A DNA stretch of 55,215 nt from a virus (taxonomy: Duplodnaviria > Caudoviricetes), in the IMG/VR virus record IMGVR_UViG_3300044699_000026, positions 1-55,215 of that record. One strand, written 5' to 3'. Below, one piece after another: positions 49,914 to 55,215 of this stretch. Made by a program: the position numbers and the translations under genes. Each line of letters starts with the position of its first letter. Positions within the stretch are counted from its first letter, which is position 1. The notes beneath the pieces are model-generated. The model was not told where the DNA came from. It worked only from the letters and a program-made list of their open reading frames with translations, and made no database searches.

Positions 49914-51354
49914 CCGTCCTCTCGTTCCCAGTAGAGTCGCCTCGGGTCCGTAGGGTCTGGCTCAGGGTTGTCTGGCTCGTGATCGTTGCCCCACAGATAC
50001 GGCGCGGCGTCATGCTGCCAACCGTCGTCCGTCCAGACGATCTCGTAACCACAGCCGCAATGCGCGCGGATGCGATCCGGTGGGCCGTCGTCGGAGTAGC
50101 TGGTGAAGATCACGTCGCGATCCTCCGCAATGGCGATCTTCACCGTGCCGTGTGCCGTTGTCATGACTGACTCTGCCAGTGCCTCGAACCCTTCCGTTAG
50201 CTCGTAGTCGTCCTCCTTGTCGTCCGGTGCGTCGATGGTCAGTGTGAAATACCGCGTGCTCATGCCGTCATCCCCTCGGTGTCCTCCCAGACCTTCACGT
50301 AGCACACGGTGTAGTCGTCCCAGGCCGGATGGCCGCTCTCGCCGTGGTACAGAAACACGTCGGAGTCGCGCACGTCCCCGGTGTCCCTGCTCCCCGCTCG
50401 GATTGAGGTACACGTACCGTGGCGGTAGGTTCGGTGCGGTCACCTTGAAGCCCACCGCCCAGCCGTTAGTCCAAGGCTCGAACACGGCACCCTCGTAGGA
50501 CGTGACCGTGTTGACCTCTAGCGCGCTAATTGCCGACACCCCTTCCGCGTCGTCGGTCGCGACCTCTGGCCAGCGTTCCAACGCCATGCGTAGCGCGGTT
50601 TCTAGTGCGTATATGCGGAACTCATCCAGACTTCCGTCCGTTGCGCTGTCTCGCGCGATGTTCGCGTACATCTGCATTTCGTCGGTAGTTGAGCTCATGT
50701 CTCAGTCCTCTTCCTCTGGAAACTCGGGGACGCCTGCCCACTCCAGTAGCTCAACGTCGCCGGGGTCGATGTGGTCGGCCAGCGATTGCAGTTCGTATAG
50801 CTCGTCCCAGCTGATTCGTTCGGCGCGAATCTCGCTGCGTAGGTATTCCAGTCGTGCCTTGACGAGTTCTTGCTCCCATGTGCTCATGTTCGGTTCCCTT
50901 CGATTGAGTAGCTGCGTAGCTACTCTGCTAGGACGTAATAGGCCACCGCGCCGAGCAGTGCGTCAAGATCCTCGCGTCGGCCATCTGCGGCATCGGCTGC
51001 GTATTGGTCGGCGGTGTACCAATCGCCGTTCTCGTTGGCCAGGTCGTAAAGCTCGGCTAGCTTCTCGGCGCGCGCCTGCTCGTCATCCTTGACGCGGTGG
51101 TATGTCTCGATCAGATCGTCCAGCGGCTTAGCTTCGCTCATGTTCGGTTCCCCTTCGGTGTCGTATAGCTAATGTTACCACACCTTACCACGCACGGTAA
51201 GCTGCGGAGCTGGGTCAATAGCGGTAAGCGTGTCATCCGCCACCGGTCGGTCGAGGTAGCTGTCAAGCTCTTCGGTCAACGACGGTGGGCAGTCCAGCGC
51301 ATACCACAGTTTGCGGACGAGCTTGTCGATCTTCTGGTTGCGGGTCTGGGTCAT
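49889..51354 (-). other. cluster of small acidic early proteins
   Basis: ORFs ~49889-50262, ~50259-50698, 50702-50887, 50920-51141, 51175-51354; three preceded by AAGGG(G)AACCGAACATG. Confidence 0.65.
51175..51191 (-). promoter_or_regulatory. 17-bp direct-repeat operator / extended -10
   Basis: TTACCACACCTTACCAC; - strand reads TGTGG-TAACAT upstream of gene 51141. Confidence 0.65.
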
Positions 51355-51546
51355 GTTCGGTTCCCTTTCAGTGTTGTGTGGCTGCGTAGCTACTTAGCTA
51401 GCGCTGGTCTCGGATGCCTGAGCCGTTCCATAGCTCTCCATGACCTTCCGGTGGTGTGATCACCACTCGCTCGATCTCGTCCCGCGTTACGAGCGTCCGG
51501 CGCGATTCGCGCAACGTCGCTCCGGTTGCTTTCGCTCTAGTTGGCA

Positions 51547-52126
51547 TCAGGCCAGCCGTCCGTCTGCCAGGAACTCGCGCCCGTTGGCCTCGATGTCCTC
51601 ACGTAGGGCGTCCTCTGAGTACATGTATTCGTACTCGGCTACGCCCGCGTGGATAGCGTCACGTAGAGCCTCATCAAGTGCGCCGAAGATTCTGCGATCT
51701 AGTGCCCACTCGCTTTCGTCGTCGTAAACGGTGAACGTACTCGATTCCGTTTCGACTGCGAGTGAGCGTCCGTGAGTGTTGGGGTTGCGTAAGTTCATGC
51801 GGACCACGTTGGGTGGCCAGGGTAAAGCTGGCGCGGTCTCCGGCGTGAGGTATCCGGCTACTTCGATTGTGTGGCGGTCAACATCCCATTCCGTGACCTC
51901 CAGCCCGTCGATGCCAGGGAAGTCACCTTCGCCGAAGGTGTCCCAACCGGGCGCGGCGAGCCTTTCCGCGAGTGTGTAGATTAATTGTCTCTTGGATTCG
52001 GTCAGTGTCGAAGCTGTCCCACCATTGCGCGCGTAGCTCGCGGTAATTGTCGATTGCCTCGGCTTGTGTCTCGTCATCTAGCTCATCGAGTCGGTACAGG
52101 TCGCGTGTCGTGGTTTCGACTCTCAT
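51547..52126 (-). CDS. hypothetical early protein (frameshifted)
   Basis: LYRLDELDDETQAEAID...EYEYMYSEDALREDIEANGREFLADG, a widespread phage family. Confidence 0.7.
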
Positions 52127-52596
52127 GCCTTGACCTCTTCCAATTCAGCTGAGTAGCTGTTAGCAGCCTTGTCCATGGCGCGCGCAGCTGCACGAGCCGA
52201 ACTGTGCTCGCCGAAGTCTCCGATGGTGTCGATGCTGTCGCTGTCGGCGTCCCATACGCGCACGGAATAGGTGCGTGTGTAGTCGTCCCAGTCGCTACGC
52301 TCGCTCGTCGTGAAGTAGAGCCGATGGCCAACGATGCGCCAGTGCGACAGGATGCGAGACGTAAAGAACCGTATGGAGTCGGCGTCAAAGAAGTGCGTGT
52401 CCGACACCTTCGGAATGTCGCTCGGCTCGTACACGTCATCGGTGCGCACGTAGGCGAACCCGTCCGACGCGCGGAGTCGCCACAGCTGGCGGTACTCGTC
52501 GGCCGCCTCTTCGGAATCAACTACCGTGCGGATACGCACGCGCATCCGATTGCTGTCGGTGTAGTGTCCCGTTGCTACCGTGATCTTGTTTCGCAT
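52123..52596 (-). CDS. hypothetical early protein
   Basis: HFFDADSIRFF.SRI...YFTTSE...R.YSVR motif. Confidence 0.75.
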   Translation of the reverse strand: MRNKITVATGHYTDSNRMRVRIRTVVDSEEAADEYRQLWRLRASDGFAYVRTDDVYEPSDIPKVSDTHFFDADSIRFFTSRILSHWRIVGHRLYFTTSERSDWDDYTRTYSVRVWDADSDSIDTIGDFGEHSSARAAARAMDKAANSYSAELEEVKA

Positions 52597-52598
52597 AG

Positions 52599-52923
52599 CT
52601 AGTCCCCTTCCTTTGGGTCCCAGTAAGTCAAGGCTTCGCGCGAGCCCCCGAGCGTGCTACCGCAACCCTCGCAGCGCTGCCAGCTGAATGTCAGCCGTTC
52701 GCACTCGCAATCGGCTTCACCCGTCCATTGCCCGTTAGTGATGTTCGGGCACTCGGAGTCGTGCTCATTGGCCATGAGACCAGCTGTCAGTTCCCCTGGC
52801 CCGTCGATGAGACTCAAACGGTTCGCGGTCTGGTGGGTCTTCGGTCTCTTCGCGCACGCCATGGTGCGTTAGGTAGCAGTCGATGCACACCCAAAGGGTT
52901 TGGTAGTCGCGCGTAGTCGTCAT
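52599..52923 (-). CDS. hypothetical Cys-rich early protein (frameshifted)
   Basis: WVCIDC...FSWQRCEGCGSTLGGSR. Confidence 0.65.
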
Positions 52924-52925
52924 AG

Positions 52926-53297
52926 CTAGCTGTCCTCCGCTTCCCATACGTAAAGCCGCGAGTGCTCTGCTACGTCCAGCGGAAAAGTCTCCGACACGAG
53001 CGTGCGGAGAGTGTTTTCCCATAGATCAGGCTTGCCGCTGTGCAGCGGTGCCGACGCCCGTTCGGGATCGAAGTTCCGTGCGAGGTTAAGCAGGTCCTCG
53101 GAGAGAACGTGCGCCTTCCACGCGGCCTTGTAGTCCTCCGACTCCGCGTAGAGTCGTGCCGACTCTTCGGCCTGCTCGGAGTCCTCCAGTAGCTCGTTGT
53201 GGATCACCACAGCAGCGTCCGTGTAGGTCTCGAAACCCTCATCCGTCTCGTCTAGGTCCGGTCCGTATCCGGCGAGTCCATGTGCTACGTAGATCAT
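52926..53297 (-). CDS. acidic hypothetical early protein
   Basis: 123 aa Glu/Asp-rich; GAAGGGG RBS. Confidence 0.7.
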   Translation of the reverse strand: MIYVAHGLAGYGPDLDETDEGFETYTDAAVVIHNELLEDSEQAEESARLYAESEDYKAAWKAHVLSEDLLNLARNFDPERASAPLHSGKPDLWENTLRTLVSETFPLDVAEHSRLYVWEAEDS

Positions 53298-53318
53298 GCT
53301 TGTGTCCCCTTCGGTGTT

Positions 53319-53349
53319 GTGTAGCTGTGTAGCTGTGTAGCTGTGTAGC
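53319..53349. repeat. intergenic tandem repeat (GTGTAGCT)x3-4
   Basis: gtgtagct gtgtagct gtgtagct gtgtagc. Confidence 0.85.
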
Positions 53350-53360
53350 GTGTGTGTGAG

Positions 53361-54037
53361 CTAGCTGACGGCCACTCCGGTTAACAGTTCCTTGCGAAGC
53401 AGTTTGCGCAGCGAGCGGGTAAGCAATGTGTCCACCTTGCCGCGTTGCGCTGCGCTTAGGATCATGGCCATGATGACGTCAGGGAAGCGGTAGCCAGCGG
53501 CCTTGATTGCGCGATAGGCCAGGCTGGCATGGAAGTAGTCTTCCCCTACGTGGCCGGCTAGGCAGTCCGTTCCCATGCCGAACTTGCAGCCCGGCAATCT
53601 CCGCCGCTGTTCTCCCATGCGGACACGATGCGCTCGGGCGTGATCCCCTTGACGAATCTGTCGATGGCCTTGCGCGTGGCAGCATTGCGCTGGTCCTCAG
53701 CCGCAACCGCGTCGACGTCCACGCCAGCTATGACGAGACCGTCGCGGACCGTCATGCCGTCCATGTATGGCGTCGTGCCGGCATACCATCGACCGCGCTC
53801 GGAATGGATGCGCAGCGGCCCGTAGCTGTTCATACGATCCTTTGTGGTCACAGTGAACCATCCGCCCGTCTCATAGCTGACTGACCCGTCCGGGTGAAAG
53901 GTGAGTATGTCGGTGTCGTGCAACCGGACCGCGATAGCTTCACCACGCCGTTCCGCATAGGTGTTGTGCGTGAGCTTGCGCCGATCTTTGTTCCGGCCCG
54001 TCAGCTTCGCGTTTAGGCTTTCGTAAGTCTCGCTCAT
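53361..54037 (-). CDS. hypothetical early protein (frameshifted)
   Basis: RKLTHNT...VRLHDTDI...TGGWFTVTTKDRMN. Confidence 0.7.
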
Positions 54038-54634
54038 GTTGTTTGGTTCCCCTTCGGTGTGCGCTTGCGTTCGGTCACGATGTTGAATGCGAGAATCCGC
54101 AGTCCGGCTAGTGCCAGGCTTGCGCCAGCGATTGCCAGCGCGTCCGCGATTAGTGCGATCATCGTGCGTACTCCACGAACGTCGACGACTTGACCTCATC
54201 GACAAGCTCGGATACGGGCCAGAATGCTTCGAAACCAGAATCCAGCGTCACCCGTAGAGTTGGTCACGGATATCGTCATCGGGCCCGGCAAAGTTTCCGT
54301 TGCGGTCCCCGATGCTGCGTGCCGTTCCTTGCACAACGTCATCGTTCACCAATCGTGCGACATGCTGGCCTTTGTGTGCCATCGTTACGATGGTTGCGAG
54401 TGCCGTGACCTCGCTTGCCGAGAGCGTGCGCATAGTGCTTCCCCTTCCGTGGTGGCCTGTCCTGGCCATGGCGTGCCATCCTGCGAGAGAATGGCCACCA
54501 GGGTTAGGCAGTGTCACTACTGGCGCCAGAAATAGAACCCAACGAGCCAACGGGTGACCCAATATGCCAGCGTCGGATCCGTGCTCCACTGGACTAGAGC
54601 GCTCATGTCGGTCCCCTTCCGTGCGCTTGGCCTG

Positions 54635-54991
54635 TCAGTCCTTGCGGATGGAGTAGGACACGAGTCGCGAACCGTTGACCGTTAGTGTGCTGTGATCATG
54701 GACAGCGCGGGACAAGGTCCTGGCAACGGTCGCCGCTCCATCGGGTCCGGACAGCAGACTGGTGAAGCGTCGGCCATCCGAGTAGACCGTGTAGAGCACC
54801 AGCGTGCGGTCCGTGGTGTCCGTGGTGTCCACTGTGACGGCCCGGAAGTCGTGGCCGTTAGCGTCATGGTGCCAGCCGTCGTGCCCCACTGGGCGAAGGC
54901 ATAGACCGTAGGCGGCAATGTCTGCCTTGCATGGTGAGCCTTGGCCGTAGTCAGCCGGCGCTGGTGCCTTGCGGTGTTCGCCTAGTGACAT
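54635..54991 (-). CDS. hypothetical protein, first gene of the leftward early operon
   Basis: CLRPVGHDGWH motif; GAAGGGG RBS. Confidence 0.6.
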   Translation of the reverse strand: MSLGEHRKAPAPADYGQGSPCKADIAAYGLCLRPVGHDGWHHDANGHDFRAVTVDTTDTTDRTLVLYTVYSDGRRFTSLLSGPDGAATVARTLSRAVHDHSTLTVNGSRLVSYSIRKD

Positions 54992-55031
54992 GGTGTCGAT
55001 CCCCTTCCGTGGTGGCCTGATGAGTGCAACG

Positions 55032-55080
55032 TTACCACACATTGCCACGCTGCGGTGCCTGTCAAGCGTGGCAATGTGAA
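55032..55080 (-). promoter_or_regulatory. early promoter region with direct-repeat operator and inverted half-site
   Basis: TTACCACACATTGCCAC at 55032-55048 (- strand TGTGG-TAACGT); TTGACA on - strand at 55060-55065; inverted GTGGCAATGTG at 55068. Confidence 0.65.
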
Positions 55081-55112
55081 TCGTTACCGTTCCGTGACCT
55101 AGCCGGCGGGCT

Positions 55113-55155
55113 CGCCTCCAAGATCATCAGCGCACGCCTCCAAGATCATCAGCGC
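55113..55155. repeat. 21-bp direct repeat near the right end
   Basis: CGCCTCCAAGATCATCAGCGC at 55113-55133 and 55135-55155. Confidence 0.9.
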
Positions 55156-55215
55156 CAGGGTGGGTGATCATGAAAGACCGGCGGGGCACCCTACCCCCGC
55201 CCTAAGGGTGGACGG

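Noticed and set aside
52590-52930. TAG-CTA as a stop-codon readthrough or recoding signal
   Set aside because: Most motif copies lie inside ORFs as non-stop codons, TAG ends genes normally elsewhere, and no suppressor tRNA was seen
1-55215. Integrase, CI-type repressor, DNA polymerase or tRNA genes
   Set aside because: No recognisable motifs by eye; tRNAscan-SE and frameshift-aware HMM searches are needed to confirm absence

Overview
The window looks like an essentially complete ~55 kb high-GC actinobacterial siphovirus genome. The left arm (+ strand, 0.3-28.5 kb) carries terminase, portal, head, neck and tail genes (including a tail assembly chaperone with a -1 frameshift), a lysis cassette and an unusually large second block of fibre/adhesin genes. 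The right arm (mostly - strand) carries an array of small paralogous genes, a 2OG-Fe(II) oxygenase with a GT2 glycosyltransferase, primase-helicase, SSB-like, Cas4-like exonuclease, MazG-like, a probable origin at ~44.0-44.4 kb, a second glycosyltransferase, a resolvase, an HNH nuclease and many small early genes. I saw no integrase, DNA polymerase, tRNA or CRISPR array. Many genes between ~13 and 33 kb and in the last 5 kb are broken by single-base indels, most likely sequencing or assembly errors, so coordinates there are reconstructed by eye. The most notable signals are: (1) an oxygenase plus two glycosyltransferases that could form a hydroxylate-then-glycosylate system; (2) a strand-polarised TAGCT pentamer densely enriched over 46.9-54 kb, even at the cost of rare CTA codons; (3) a tandem cassette array of paralogous small genes with conserved junctions; (4) a signal-peptide/collagen-bearing paralogue of a tail-fibre beta-helix domain; (5) a 17-bp direct-repeat operator on leftward promoters. 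All product calls come from motif recognition and synteny, not database searches.
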